From Candidatus Moraniibacteriota bacterium (GTDB lineage: Bacteria; Patescibacteriota; Minisyncoccia; Moranbacterales; UBA11712), in NCBI GenBank assembly GCA_028695025.1, contig JAQVJV010000003.1, positions 637-64,636 on the forward strand: a DNA stretch of 64,000 bases, given 5' to 3'. The notes below the pieces were generated by a model. That model saw only the letters and a list, made by a program, of their open reading frames with translations. It ran no database searches and was not told the DNA's origin. Position 1 is the first letter of the stretch. Each line of letters begins with the position of its first letter. This document shows positions 38,664 to 49,350 of this stretch, in pieces. The translations under genes were made by a program, and so were the position numbers.

Positions 38664-39953
38664 TCATAAGGCAAGTATTTTTTCCAAAAAAACTTTATCT
38701 TCAATCGGCCCGATGAACGCCAAGTTGAGTTTTTCATTGGCAAAAACATCTTTTGCCACTTTCAATATATCATCTCGGCTGATTTTTTCAATTTTGGCAA
38801 GAATTTGCTCCGGTGTTTTTATTTCCCGCCGCGCGAGTTCCTGACCGGCAAAATATGAAGCCACTTCATCTGAAGATTCAAGCGTGAGAGCCATTCTCCC
38901 GCGTAGATTATCCTTGGCGCTTTGAAGCTCTTTAGCCGTCACTCCTTTTGCAAGAGTTTTTTTCACTTCTGCAAGAATTGTCTTCACAGTTTTTTCGATT
39001 TTTCTCCGGTCGGTGTCCACTCCGGCCCGTACCGAAAAATACCCGCAATCGGAATATTCTTCCGTCCCGGCTTTTACGTAGTAGGCAAGTCCCTGCCGCT
39101 CCCGGACGGAAAGAAACAGCCGGCTGCTCATCGTCCCGCCGAGGATATTCGCAAGAAGCGCGAGGGCATATCGGTCGGGATGGAACATGCCGTATCCGCG
39201 AAAACCGAGAATCAGATGCACCTGGTCGGTTTTTTTATGTTTGATCTTGATGTTAGGACCGCTTTGCCGTTCAACCGTTTTCACTTTTCCGTTCACTCCG
39301 CCCTTCTTCATCTTGGAAAATATTTTTTTGACATCCCGGATCACTTTTTCTTCCCCCTCTTCGCCAAAATTTCCCGCGACGCAAACGACCGTATTTTCCG
39401 CGTTATACAGCTTGGCGCGGTAATCCAGAAAATTCTTCCGCGTGACGCGTTTGATATTTTCCTTCGTCCCGATCACCTTCCACCCCGCCGGCTGGTCGCC
39501 GTACAGAAGATGTTCGAATTCCTCCTGGACGGCCGCCATCGGCGTGTCTTCATACATGTTTATTTCCTGAAGAATCACTCCCCGCTCTTTTTCGATTTCT
39601 TTGGCTTCGATTTTGGAATTCAAGAATATGTCCGACACGACATCCACCGCCAGCCCGACGTGCGCCTTGTCCACCTTGGCATAATAGGCCGTGCTCTCCT
39701 CGGACGTAAACGCGTTGAATTCGCCGCCGACCGCATCAAGCGCCTGCGCGATATCTTTTGTCTTCGGCCGTTTTTTGGTTCCCTTGAACATCATATGCTC
39801 CAGGAAATGAGAAAGGCCGTTCAAATTCTTTGTCTCATATTTCGAACCGGCCGCCACCGCCACGATCACCGTCGCCGTATTCGTGTCTTTCATCGGCGCC
39901 GTCACCAGCCGCAATCCGTTCTTGAAAGTTGTTTTTTTAAAATGCATAGCCAC
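38664..39953 (-). CDS. M16 family (pitrilysin-like) zinc peptidase
   Basis: GLSHFLEHMMFKGT, NAFTS, ERGVILQEI, SSRLFLSVRERQGLAY. Confidence 0.95.
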   Translation of the reverse strand: MAMHFKKTTFKNGLRLVTAPMKDTNTATVIVAVAAGSKYETKNLNGLSHFLEHMMFKGTKKRPKTKDIAQALDAVGGEFNAFTSEESTAYYAKVDKAHVGLAVDVVSDIFLNSKIEAKEIEKERGVILQEINMYEDTPMAAVQEEFEHLLYGDQPAGWKVIGTKENIKRVTRKNFLDYRAKLYNAENTVVCVAGNFGEEGEEKVIRDVKKIFSKMKKGGVNGKVKTVERQSGPNIKIKHKKTDQVHLILGFRGYGMFHPDRYALALLANILGGTMSSRLFLSVRERQGLAYYVKAGTEEYSDCGYFSVRAGVDTDRRKIEKTVKTILAEVKKTLAKGVTAKELQSAKDNLRGRMALTLESSDEVASYFAGQELARREIKTPEQILAKIEKISRDDILKVAKDVFANEKLNLAFIGPIEDKVFLEKILAL

Positions 39954-39982
39954 AAATTATGGATTAAACAAATATACAAAAT

Positions 39983-40948
39983 CTATTTTTTCCCAAATCT
40001 CTTCACCCTCGTTAATCCCGAAAATGGAATGATTTCAATTCCCTTTTTCTCAAGCTCGTCCAAAAACAAATTCATGCCGATCGAATCCGACTGGGTATCG
40101 CCGCAAATGACCACATTGATGTGATGCTTTTCGGCCTCTTTCCTCCATTCTTCCCTCATATGCATTCCAACAATTGTCCCGATGCCCGCCTGTGAAGCAT
40201 GTTTGTATATTTCTTTGGCTCCGTTTGTTCCGCCCGCATATTCATAGGCAATTTTTCCAACCCGCGCTTCTTTTCTTCCGGTGACAATCTGCGGGCCTGC
40301 CTTGAATTTTTTCGCTTCTTTATACTCGGGAATTCCGTCAATAATCTCCAGAAGCTCTTCAAGCGTTTCCGGATTTTGTTTTTTTATCTCCCGGTCGATG
40401 AAATTTGCCACCAGATTATCAGCCGGCGTATGGACACACATGAGAGGCAATCCCAAAAGTTCAGCCGCCTGTACCGTCCGGCCATAGTTTTCACTCTGAA
40501 AAATCAAACGGGAAATTTCGGTGATCCGCGGAAGCATCACCGATTCGGCAATGTTTATCGGCACTCCGTGGCGCGCCAAAACATCCGCTTGGAGATGCAT
40601 CACGTCAGCCAAATCATTAAGCGCTTCACCGATGGGATGATGCCCGATCACAAGATCAATCTCCTTATTTTTGTCGCTAAAATAGCGGGCAATCATCAGC
40701 TCGGACGGATCGACATCGATGCCGACCATCACTCTTTTCACTTTTTTCTTCGGATCGCCAAAGAGGATCCGTGAGTCGGAATAGGGATTCCAAAGTTTTT
40801 CTTGGTCAAAATCCGCTTTTTTTTCTTTGGATAATTTTTCAAATTTTTCCTTTGTTTTTTTGAGCTGTTTTTTTACGAATTCCTTCCCGCGCATATCCGC
40901 CCCGATTCCCATTTCAACCGCCAGCTTGAAAATTTGTTCGATGGTCAT
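39983..40948 (-). CDS. NIF3-like (NGG1p interacting factor 3) metal-binding protein
   Basis: NPYSDSRIL, VMVGID, IGHHP, VHTPADN, VGMH, SDSIGMNLFLD. Confidence 0.8.
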   Translation of the reverse strand: MTIEQIFKLAVEMGIGADMRGKEFVKKQLKKTKEKFEKLSKEKKADFDQEKLWNPYSDSRILFGDPKKKVKRVMVGIDVDPSELMIARYFSDKNKEIDLVIGHHPIGEALNDLADVMHLQADVLARHGVPINIAESVMLPRITEISRLIFQSENYGRTVQAAELLGLPLMCVHTPADNLVANFIDREIKKQNPETLEELLEIIDGIPEYKEAKKFKAGPQIVTGRKEARVGKIAYEYAGGTNGAKEIYKHASQAGIGTIVGMHMREEWRKEAEKHHINVVICGDTQSDSIGMNLFLDELEKKGIEIIPFSGLTRVKRFGKK

Positions 40949-40958
40949 AAATGCTTTC

Positions 40959-42359
40959 TTACGCTTCTAATTTTTCTCTTAAATATCCGGCCAACTCGTC
41001 TATTTTTATCCGTTCCTGCTCCATCGTATCCCGGTCGCGCACTGTGACGGCCTTGTCGTCCAAGGTGTCGAAATCCACCGTCACGCAATACGGCGTCCCG
41101 ATCTCGTCCTGGCGGCGATAGCGCCGGCCGATGGATTGGGTTTCGTCATATTCGGACATGAAGTGCATTTTCAGTTCATTCCATAAATCCTTGGCCGGTT
41201 TCACAAGTTCCTCTTTTTTTGAGAGAGGCAAGACCGCCACTTTGATCGGCGCAAGCCTTTTGTCAAATTTCAAAACAACTCTCGTTTCATCCCCGACTTT
41301 TTCTTCATTGTACGCTTGATCAATAAACATGAAAACATGCCTGTTCAAGCCGGCTGAAGTTTCCATGATATGGGGGATGAATTTTTCACCGGTCTTTTCA
41401 TCGAAATAGCCGAGATCAACCCCTGAAAATTTTGAATGCTGGGAAAGGTCCCAATCGCCGCGCGCATGAATGCCTTCGACTTCCTTGAAACTTCCCAAGG
41501 ACTTGAAATTATATTCGACGTCATAGGCTTCAGACGCATAATGGGCAAGTTTCTCATGTTTGTACCAGCGGATTTCATTTTCTTCCAGGCCGTATTCCAA
41601 ATACCAATTCCAACGGATTTCTTTCCACATGTCATATTTTTCTTTCATGACGCCCGGATGCAAAAAATATTGCATTTCCATCTGCTCAAATTCGCGCGTC
41701 CGGAAAATGAATTGCCGCGCCACAATTTCATTTCGGAAAGCCTTTCCCACTTGGGCAATTCCGAAAGGCAATTTCATATGGAGCGAATCAAGGGTGTTTT
41801 TATACTCCAGATAAATTCCGCCGCAAGTTTCTGGACGCAAATAGACCGCATTTTCCTCGCTAAGGGCGTCCGTGGGAGATCCCAAGTTTGATTTCACCAT
41901 CAGGGAAAATCTTTTGGCCGGCGTGAGATCATCTGATCCGCAAGAGACACATTTCAACTTTTTTGCCGCCCTCAATTCGTCGATTTTCCCGTTGATGAAT
42001 TCGATCGGCGCTTTGTCGGCGCTTATGCCGTGTTCTTCCAGGACATGGTCGGCCCGCATCCGGGCTTTGCATTTCCTGCAATCGATTTGCGGATCATCGA
42101 ATCCTTCAACATGCCCGGAAGCGATCCAAGTGGTCGGGTGCATGAATATGGCGCTGTCAAGCCCCACGACATCATCGCGGAACTGAACCATGCTTTTCCA
42201 CCAAGCATCGCGTATATTGTTTTTGAGAAGCGTTCCGTAGTGGCCATAGTCATAGATAGCCTGCATCCCTCCATATATTTCCGACGACGGAAAAACAAAT
42301 CCCCGCCGCTTGCAAAGCGACACGATTTTTTCCATCAGGTTTTCTTTTTTTTCTGACAT
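40959..42359 (-). CDS. glyQS: Glycine--tRNA ligase (alpha2 type)
   Basis: LCKRRGFVFPSSEIYGG, YLRPET, FRNEI...FRTREFEQME, SIGRRYRRQDEIGTPYCVTVD. Confidence 0.97.
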   Translation of the reverse strand: MSEKKENLMEKIVSLCKRRGFVFPSSEIYGGMQAIYDYGHYGTLLKNNIRDAWWKSMVQFRDDVVGLDSAIFMHPTTWIASGHVEGFDDPQIDCRKCKARMRADHVLEEHGISADKAPIEFINGKIDELRAAKKLKCVSCGSDDLTPAKRFSLMVKSNLGSPTDALSEENAVYLRPETCGGIYLEYKNTLDSLHMKLPFGIAQVGKAFRNEIVARQFIFRTREFEQMEMQYFLHPGVMKEKYDMWKEIRWNWYLEYGLEENEIRWYKHEKLAHYASEAYDVEYNFKSLGSFKEVEGIHARGDWDLSQHSKFSGVDLGYFDEKTGEKFIPHIMETSAGLNRHVFMFIDQAYNEEKVGDETRVVLKFDKRLAPIKVAVLPLSKKEELVKPAKDLWNELKMHFMSEYDETQSIGRRYRRQDEIGTPYCVTVDFDTLDDKAVTVRDRDTMEQERIKIDELAGYLREKLEA

Positions 42360-42440
42360 ATGTTTTTAGCTAAAAAATAAAATGGTTGTGAGATCAGCGA
42401 ACTCCAAAATTTTGCATTTTTATTTTTTAATTTTGAATTT

Positions 42441-42735
42441 TTTAAAAAAATCGCCCGTCCTGAATATCCAAAAAACTTTTCAGATATTCGGGACGAGCCG
42501 TTTATGTATCAAGTATGTCGTACATGTATAATGTATCGAAATAAATACACCATACATTATACTTTATACATCATACAAAATTGGTCCGCGGTTCCACCCG
42601 ATTTCCTTGACCGCCTGCTTTTTTCGGAGAAATAGCGGCGGGTTCCGGCGCTTTGAGATATTGATTTTTCGCGTTTGCGCGAAGCTGCCAACCCTCGCAG
42701 TTTGAATAATAGGTTACTTATTGATCTTCGTCAAT
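42441..42735 (-). promoter_or_regulatory. T-box riboswitch (Gly, GGC specifier) with terminator
   Basis: Minus strand GGGTGGAACCGCG (42587-42599). Partner strand CGTCCCGA. Terminator GCTCGTCCCGAATATC...GATATTCAGGACGGGC + T run. Candidate specifier GGC at 42687-42689 between GAAG/CTTC and AACC/GGTT pairs. Lies directly upstream of glyQS. Confidence 0.85.
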
Positions 42736-42736
42736 A

Positions 42737-43471
42737 TCAGCCCGCATTATCCAACAGGGTGAAAAGCACTTCGCACTGGTTGACCACCGCCCGCAAAAAA
42801 TCCGCGATATCCGGCTCCAAGCTGGAACCATTCTGAAAAATGAGGAAAACTTTCCTTTCCATCGGTCCGGATCCGGCCGATCCGAAAACATGAAAATCTT
42901 TCTTTTCCGCGCTTGGCTTTTCCGAATCCCATTTCACAATATCCTTGTTCCCGATTTTTATCCCCTTCGCTTTCGCATCTTGCTTTTCCCCCGCCACAAA
43001 AGACCAGTATTCTTTTTGCGTCTTGAGGTTTTTCATGTCAATCGCCCGAAGCGTCACCCATCTTTTCCCGCTCAAGGAAAGGGCGATTTTGAGAATTTCC
43101 TGGATATAACCCTCCGCCTCTTTCTGGTCCGAAGGGGCTTTCAATTTTTTCAAGAAAGTTTTGATGAGAGAGACCTGCACATTCACTTTCCCGAGATAAG
43201 CGAAAGCCTCAAGCAGTTCTTTTTCCCTTTTTTGGTATTCTTTTTCCAATTTTTGCAGTTCTTTTTCCCGATGATCGACGCTTTTTTCATAAAGCCGGAA
43301 AATCTGCCAGGCAATCGACACTTGGACAAGCAAGAGGACTGATTCCAATATTTCTTCGGAGAAAATGGATATGCCGCCTTGCACAATCAAGGGAGTGAAG
43401 ATCATCGTTATGACCAAAAAGAAGAATATATAGAAGAAGAAGTTTCTTAATTTGTCTATTTTTGAGCCCAT
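42737..43471 (-). CDS. Hypothetical membrane protein (2 TM + coiled coil)
   Basis: 244-aa ORF with two N-terminal TM helices, then a coiled coil and a soluble domain. Confidence 0.75.
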   Translation of the reverse strand: MGSKIDKLRNFFFYIFFFLVITMIFTPLIVQGGISIFSEEILESVLLLVQVSIAWQIFRLYEKSVDHREKELQKLEKEYQKREKELLEAFAYLGKVNVQVSLIKTFLKKLKAPSDQKEAEGYIQEILKIALSLSGKRWVTLRAIDMKNLKTQKEYWSFVAGEKQDAKAKGIKIGNKDIVKWDSEKPSAEKKDFHVFGSAGSGPMERKVFLIFQNGSSLEPDIADFLRAVVNQCEVLFTLLDNAG

Positions 43472-43570
43472 ACGGAAACGGTTATTTTAGGTAATTTGAA
43501 TCCCCCGGCCCGGCATTGACTTTTTATAGTACGCAACCCGATAATTTTATATTCAAAACGGCCGCTCTTT

Positions 43571-43597
43571 AAAAAAAGGCCTCTCCGCGAGGCCTTT
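43571..43597 (-). terminator. Intrinsic terminator
   Basis: AAAGGCCTC-gcgga-GAGGCCTTTTTTT directly after the stop at 43601. Confidence 0.8.
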
Positions 43598-43600
43598 CTG

Positions 43601-44269
43601 CTATTTCAGGGTGAAACTTTTCACAATTTCATTCGCGAGGTTGCATCTTGCAACTATATTTCCCGGACAATCGTCGGCCATAGTGTAGGCATAAACATAA
43701 TCTTCATCAACTTTTGCGCCATCTGCCTGAAGATCAATTTTTTTTCCGGCCAAATCACACACTTTTTGGCCTTCTTTCTCACAATCTTTTTGGATATCCG
43801 CCCATTCTTCAGCTGTCATTTTCCGAATGGTCAGGATCTCTTTGTACTGCTTGTCCATATCATTGTAGTTTTTCCCGGGAAAAGGAATATATATTTTCAA
43901 ATATTGGTCCGAAAGGCTTTCGTCGGTGAGGCTTTGCACATGGCCTGTTTTATAAAGCCATTTCCCCATCTGGGCCGGAACAGCCAACGTAAAGCCGAGA
44001 TTTTCATCGTCCAGAACATCATTTTGGAAAGCCATGGCCTGTTGCTTATTCAATTCTATTGGATAATAATTGGCTTGCGGCATTCCCTTGCCGCTCCCTA
44101 AAGTCCGGTTGAGCGACACCAAAAAAAGCATGGAGGAAAAGGTAAGCATCCCGATGAGAATCACCAAGGACACGTCGAAACGTTTGACCTTTGATTTTTT
44201 CGACGCTATGCTTGTTTTTGCCGCGGTTTTTCTCCCGCCGGTTTTTTTTGCGCTTATTTTCCTGGACAT
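43601..44269 (-). CDS. Hypothetical membrane-anchored protein
   Basis: Basic N-terminus, single TM, exported domain with Cys pairs. Confidence 0.75.
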   Translation of the reverse strand: MSRKISAKKTGGRKTAAKTSIASKKSKVKRFDVSLVILIGMLTFSSMLFLVSLNRTLGSGKGMPQANYYPIELNKQQAMAFQNDVLDDENLGFTLAVPAQMGKWLYKTGHVQSLTDESLSDQYLKIYIPFPGKNYNDMDKQYKEILTIRKMTAEEWADIQKDCEKEGQKVCDLAGKKIDLQADGAKVDEDYVYAYTMADDCPGNIVARCNLANEIVKSFTLK

Positions 44270-44363
44270 TTTGTTTTTTGATTTTTTAAGTATGTTTTTT
44301 CATATTTTAGCATAAATCGGTTTTTCGTGCAATATCCAAAAGTCCGAATATCCCGGTTATTCC

Positions 44364-45554
<1,191 letters not shown>

Positions 45555-47492
45555 TTATTCCTCCACCCTCCCCGCGTCTCCCACGCTCAAATCTTCTGTG
45601 AGATTTGTACTTTTTCCGCCCAGTTCCACTTTCGAAGCTTGGCCGGTGAAAGCGTCTTTTGCCGAGAAAACCGTGCTCGAAATGAGCGTCGGATAAGTAC
45701 TTGTCTGGTTTTGCGACGGCGTCACCCCAAGTTGGAAAATCAGCTCTCTGGGATCGGTGATTATTCCGGTTCCCGCCGAAAGGCTGCCAATATTCCAAAC
45801 CAGTTCATTGGTCCGGCCGTTATAGCTCATCGAAGCGTCGTTGGGAATGAAATTGCTTTTCCAACTGACGCCCGGCCCCAGCGTCATTGTAACCCTGGCA
45901 TCGGTTATGTCATTTGAAACATTGGAAACCTTGAGGTGCAGGGTGAACGTGGTTTCCTGTCCGACTTTGAGCGGCAACTCTCCCGTGTTCTGAATTTCCG
46001 AGTCGTTATAGAATCCTTGAAGATCAACTAACAATTTCGAATTAAGCTTAACCGTCAACGAGTTTGAGGCCACGATCTTGTTGGCTCCTTCCGAAGTGGG
46101 AATGTCCGGGCTGTCCATGTATGCCACCGCCGAAAAAGAAAAGTTCTTGTCATTCGAGCTGGAAACGGGAATGATATTTTTCACCGGGACGGAAAAACTT
46201 ACATATCCCGAATCGCCGGGAGCCAGCGTTTTGAAAGCGGGAATGTCCGAAGCTTTCCAGGTGATCGTTTTTTTGCCCGAGTCGAATTCCCCTTTCCTGT
46301 CCAGCATATCCACTTGGCCATAGTCCAAAATCGGGCTGTTTATGTCCACTGAAAGTATCGCGTCCCGGAGAGAAATCTCCCCGGCATTGCGGTAGCCCAC
46401 CCTGAACATGAGCGAGTCTCCCGCGCTTACCATGGAATTTTCGCTTTTCCCGTTCATTTCCACATTGAGGGCAAGAGGCGAACCGATGATCTTGAGGGAA
46501 CTTTCAGCCTCGGCATAGGCGATGAAAGAGTTTTCGGACCCGATCTGGCCGATGGAAATTTTGACGCTTTTTTGCTGGTCGCGCGCGCCGCTGATTTTCC
46601 CGCTGATCGTGATTTTCCCGGATTGGCCGGGCGCAAGCGTCCCGACATACCAGATATTTTCCTGGGCCGGCAAAGGATCCGAATTCGAAAAAGAGAAACC
46701 TTCCGGAAAATCGGCTTTGATTTTGAGATCGTTGAAATCCGTTTGTCCGGTATTTTGGTAAGTGGCGACATATGAAACGGCATTTCCATCGGCGGCATTT
46801 TGAGGTCCGCCCACTTCGATATTGATCGGGCTTGACACGATGAAAACATTGGAAGTCCCTTCCGCCGCGAAAGTTGAATTGAAAACTGACGGCTTGTATT
46901 CCAATTTGGCTTTTACATAAACCAGGGCATCAGTCGCTCCGAAAAATTTTCCTTGGATAGTCACTTTTCCGCTTGATTTCCCGGAAACGGATCCGACATT
47001 GAATTTGCTGACCGTCGGCCCTTCAACTTCAAATTGCAAATTTCCGGCCGGCTGAAAATTTTCCGAATAGCTCACATAAAGGACCGCGCTCCCGAGTGAC
47101 GCCCTGTTCAGATTTTGATAACTGATATCGATGCTCACGCTTTCTCCGCTCATTACTTTCTCTGGGCCAGAAAGGCTCACTTTTACCTGATCGGCCGAAA
47201 AAGAAGTTTTGCGGATATAGAGCGCCAGCCAAACACCGCCGGCCGCAAGCAAAACCGCGCCCGTAATAATAGCCGCTATCGTGTAAGCTCTTTTTCTTTT
47301 TGTCTTTTTTTCTTCCTGGCTCCTGGCCCAATCCTCCTGTTTTTTTTCAAGGTCGGAAGCGCCGAATGATGAAGCGAAAAAAGGAGATTCCGCAGGTTTT
47401 TGGGAGCTCGAACCCATCGGGCCGCCCAGCCCGCCAGCCGGATTCTCCTCCGGACGCTTGTATATTTTTCTTTCTGTTTCCTGAAGAGACAT
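45555..47492 (-). CDS. Membrane-anchored protein with tandem Ig-like (DUF11-like) domains
   Basis: Single TM, then repeated Y.N.G...L.D..I...P modules and W.VGTLAPGQSG. Confidence 0.8.
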   Translation of the reverse strand: MSLQETERKIYKRPEENPAGGLGGPMGSSSQKPAESPFFASSFGASDLEKKQEDWARSQEEKKTKRKRAYTIAAIITGAVLLAAGGVWLALYIRKTSFSADQVKVSLSGPEKVMSGESVSIDISYQNLNRASLGSAVLYVSYSENFQPAGNLQFEVEGPTVSKFNVGSVSGKSSGKVTIQGKFFGATDALVYVKAKLEYKPSVFNSTFAAEGTSNVFIVSSPINIEVGGPQNAADGNAVSYVATYQNTGQTDFNDLKIKADFPEGFSFSNSDPLPAQENIWYVGTLAPGQSGKITISGKISGARDQQKSVKISIGQIGSENSFIAYAEAESSLKIIGSPLALNVEMNGKSENSMVSAGDSLMFRVGYRNAGEISLRDAILSVDINSPILDYGQVDMLDRKGEFDSGKKTITWKASDIPAFKTLAPGDSGYVSFSVPVKNIIPVSSSNDKNFSFSAVAYMDSPDIPTSEGANKIVASNSLTVKLNSKLLVDLQGFYNDSEIQNTGELPLKVGQETTFTLHLKVSNVSNDITDARVTMTLGPGVSWKSNFIPNDASMSYNGRTNELVWNIGSLSAGTGIITDPRELIFQLGVTPSQNQTSTYPTLISSTVFSAKDAFTGQASKVELGGKSTNLTEDLSVGDAGRVEE

Positions 47493-47565
47493 CTTATGGT
47501 TTATTATATACTATCTCGCCGTTTTCTGGAAATAATATCTATTTATGCAGATATATAAAGCAATT

Positions 47566-48264
47566 TTAATAATTATATTTTTCAAAATCGTTTCTCAATC
47601 TCGAAAGACCAACCGTCTCTCCTTCACCAATTTTCACTTTCACTATTTTTTCAAGCGGATTTCCAAGAATAATTCTCAAGAATTTTATTTGATTTGAATT
47701 TATTTCTAAAATATTATCTTCCCTTCCAAAACATTTCTCACAAATAACACCGCCTCTCGCAGTTGAAAAAAATTTGCGCTCATTTTCTTTGAGAATATCC
47801 TCACAGCGCAAGCACTTTTTCATTTCCGGTCGATTCCCCATCAAATCAAAAAGTTTCCACCAAAAGGCTTCTTCGATAATTTTTATATTTTCCGCCGAAT
47901 TTAACACTTTCAAAAAACTGGAAAGCAGATCAAAAATGCTCTCGTCTTTTTCTTCTTCCGCGAATTTGCGCGCCATGAACTTGAAGACATCAAGGGCCGC
48001 TGAAATTTTTTCGAAATCTTTTTTTATGCCTTCAAAATTATCCACCGTGATCGCGCTTGTGATCTGGCCGATGCCTCTTGAGCGGGCAATGTATATTTCA
48101 GAATGCGTCCCCGGCTCGAGATGCCCCGCCAGTTTCGCTTGCGGCTTTCTCACTCCCTTTCCCATCACGCGCACAAGGCCCGCTTCCCGGGCATAAAGAA
48201 AATACATCCGGTCGAACTCGCCAATGTCGCGCGAAGACAAAATTATGGCCAGATACTTGTTCAT
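47566..48264 (-). CDS. recO: DNA repair protein RecO
   Basis: AIILSSRDIGEFDR, KGVRKPQAKLAGHLEP, C..C...GGVIC..C zinc finger. Confidence 0.93.
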   Translation of the reverse strand: MNKYLAIILSSRDIGEFDRMYFLYAREAGLVRVMGKGVRKPQAKLAGHLEPGTHSEIYIARSRGIGQITSAITVDNFEGIKKDFEKISAALDVFKFMARKFAEEEKDESIFDLLSSFLKVLNSAENIKIIEEAFWWKLFDLMGNRPEMKKCLRCEDILKENERKFFSTARGGVICEKCFGREDNILEINSNQIKFLRIILGNPLEKIVKVKIGEGETVGLSRLRNDFEKYNY

Positions 48265-48274
48265 TTGCTATGTT

Positions 48275-48356
48275 TGTCATCCCGCACTTGATGCGGGATC
48301 CAGGGAATAAAATTTTAGCTAAAACCCTGGATCCTGGCTCGGAGGCCGGGATGACA
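48275..48356. repeat. Palindromic element of the GTCATCCCG...GGATCCAG / CTGGATCC...GGGATGAC type
   Basis: TGTCATCCCGCACTTGATGCGGGATCCAGGG-spacer-CCCTGGATCCTGGCTCGGAGGCCGGGATGACA, with nested hairpins, directly 5' of recO. Confidence 0.8.
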
Positions 48357-48412
48357 TAAATTTGTGATAAATATTATTAAGTACCTCATTATACCAACCG
48401 CCCGGGCAAAAT

Positions 48413-48447
48413 AAAAGCAGGGATCGGTCTCCGTTCCGTCCCTGCTT
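48413..48447 (-). terminator. Intrinsic terminator of the orphan cluster
   Basis: AAGCAGGGA...TCCCTGCTTTT on the minus strand. Confidence 0.65.
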
Positions 48448-48475
48448 GAAAACTCGTTTTCACTGCAATTACCTC

Positions 48476-48730
48476 CTAAAATTCCAATACGCCATCTTCA
48501 ATGGCTTGGCGCTGTTCGGGAGTAGGAATCTGTGCTGGATCCCCTCCCGTAACTTTTACGATAAATTTCAGTTGCTCAATTTCCCGCGCCGCGTGCCGCT
48601 TCACCACCCGAAGTAAAACAGCATCGGAAAGTTAGCTGATTTTCAACACTTTGCACGGCCCTTCTTGTCTCTTCGGTTCTATTTGCTTCCGTCGCTTTGA
48701 TTGGTCAAGAAGAGTAACTTTTGATTCCAT
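48476..48730 (-). pseudogene. Orphan ORF with one internal TAA
   Basis: AAAGGAGG-5nt-ATG(48730). 32 codons, TAA (48632-48634), then the frame stays open to TAG at 48476. Confidence 0.5.
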
Positions 48731-48753
48731 TGGTGCCTCCTTTGAACTAAAGG

Positions 48754-49059
48754 TTATTTGATTTCCCTGCCGTCCAGATAAATAATAGCAACCATATCCT
48801 CATCCTCCTTTATTTCAAATTGGGGACTATAAAATTGCTTTCCGCAGTCCTTGCCTAAACACGTAAAGATATAATGGATTCTTTCGGGATTGGGATCGAT
48901 AGTGTCATCCTTTAGAACAAAATGACAATGAACTTCTTCGTTCTCTAACTCTACCCTCTTACATCCGCAGTATGGACAGGGCGGATAGATCAAATGAGCC
49001 ACAAGACATCTCAAATAAAAATAAGATGTCCACAGAAAGCCAGTTATCTCAAAATACAT
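48754..49059 (-). CDS. Hypothetical zinc-ribbon protein
   Basis: CPYC...C(LGKD)C. AAGGAAGGT upstream. Confidence 0.65.
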   Translation of the reverse strand: MYFEITGFLWTSYFYLRCLVAHLIYPPCPYCGCKRVELENEEVHCHFVLKDDTIDPNPERIHYIFTCLGKDCGKQFYSPQFEIKEDEDMVAIIYLDGREIK

Positions 49060-49076
49060 AACACCTTCCTTCTAAA

Positions 49077-49301
49077 TTAATTTTTGGGGACGTGCCAGGT
49101 TAGTCCGCATTTTTTGCAACCATACACTAACTCTGTACTATCACCCGCAGAGTGACCAAGATACTCCGTCTCTCCATCACATTTCCCACCCGGATGTTTT
49201 GGATATTTAGGTGAAAGAAGATTGTAAAAAAATAGAGCCATAGCACACAGTATGGCTATAACCCCAATAATTACAACATAAACAGGCATATTAAATTCCA
49301 T
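49077..49301 (-). CDS. Small TM protein with putative zinc ribbon
   Basis: N-terminal TM, H...C...CKKC. GAGGAGGAG upstream. Confidence 0.65.
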   Translation of the reverse strand: MEFNMPVYVVIIGVIAILCAMALFFYNLLSPKYPKHPGGKCDGETEYLGHSAGDSTELVYGCKKCGLTWHVPKN

Positions 49302-49350
49302 GGTAATTCTCCTCCTCTAAATCCGAAGTTTGATTGACAAAAAACAACTC

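Noticed and set aside
38922-40124. 400-aa plus-strand ORF (also 32418..33437, 53611..54435, 60564..61391, 63350..63973)
   Set aside because: Antisense shadows of well-supported genes, with no recognisable motifs.
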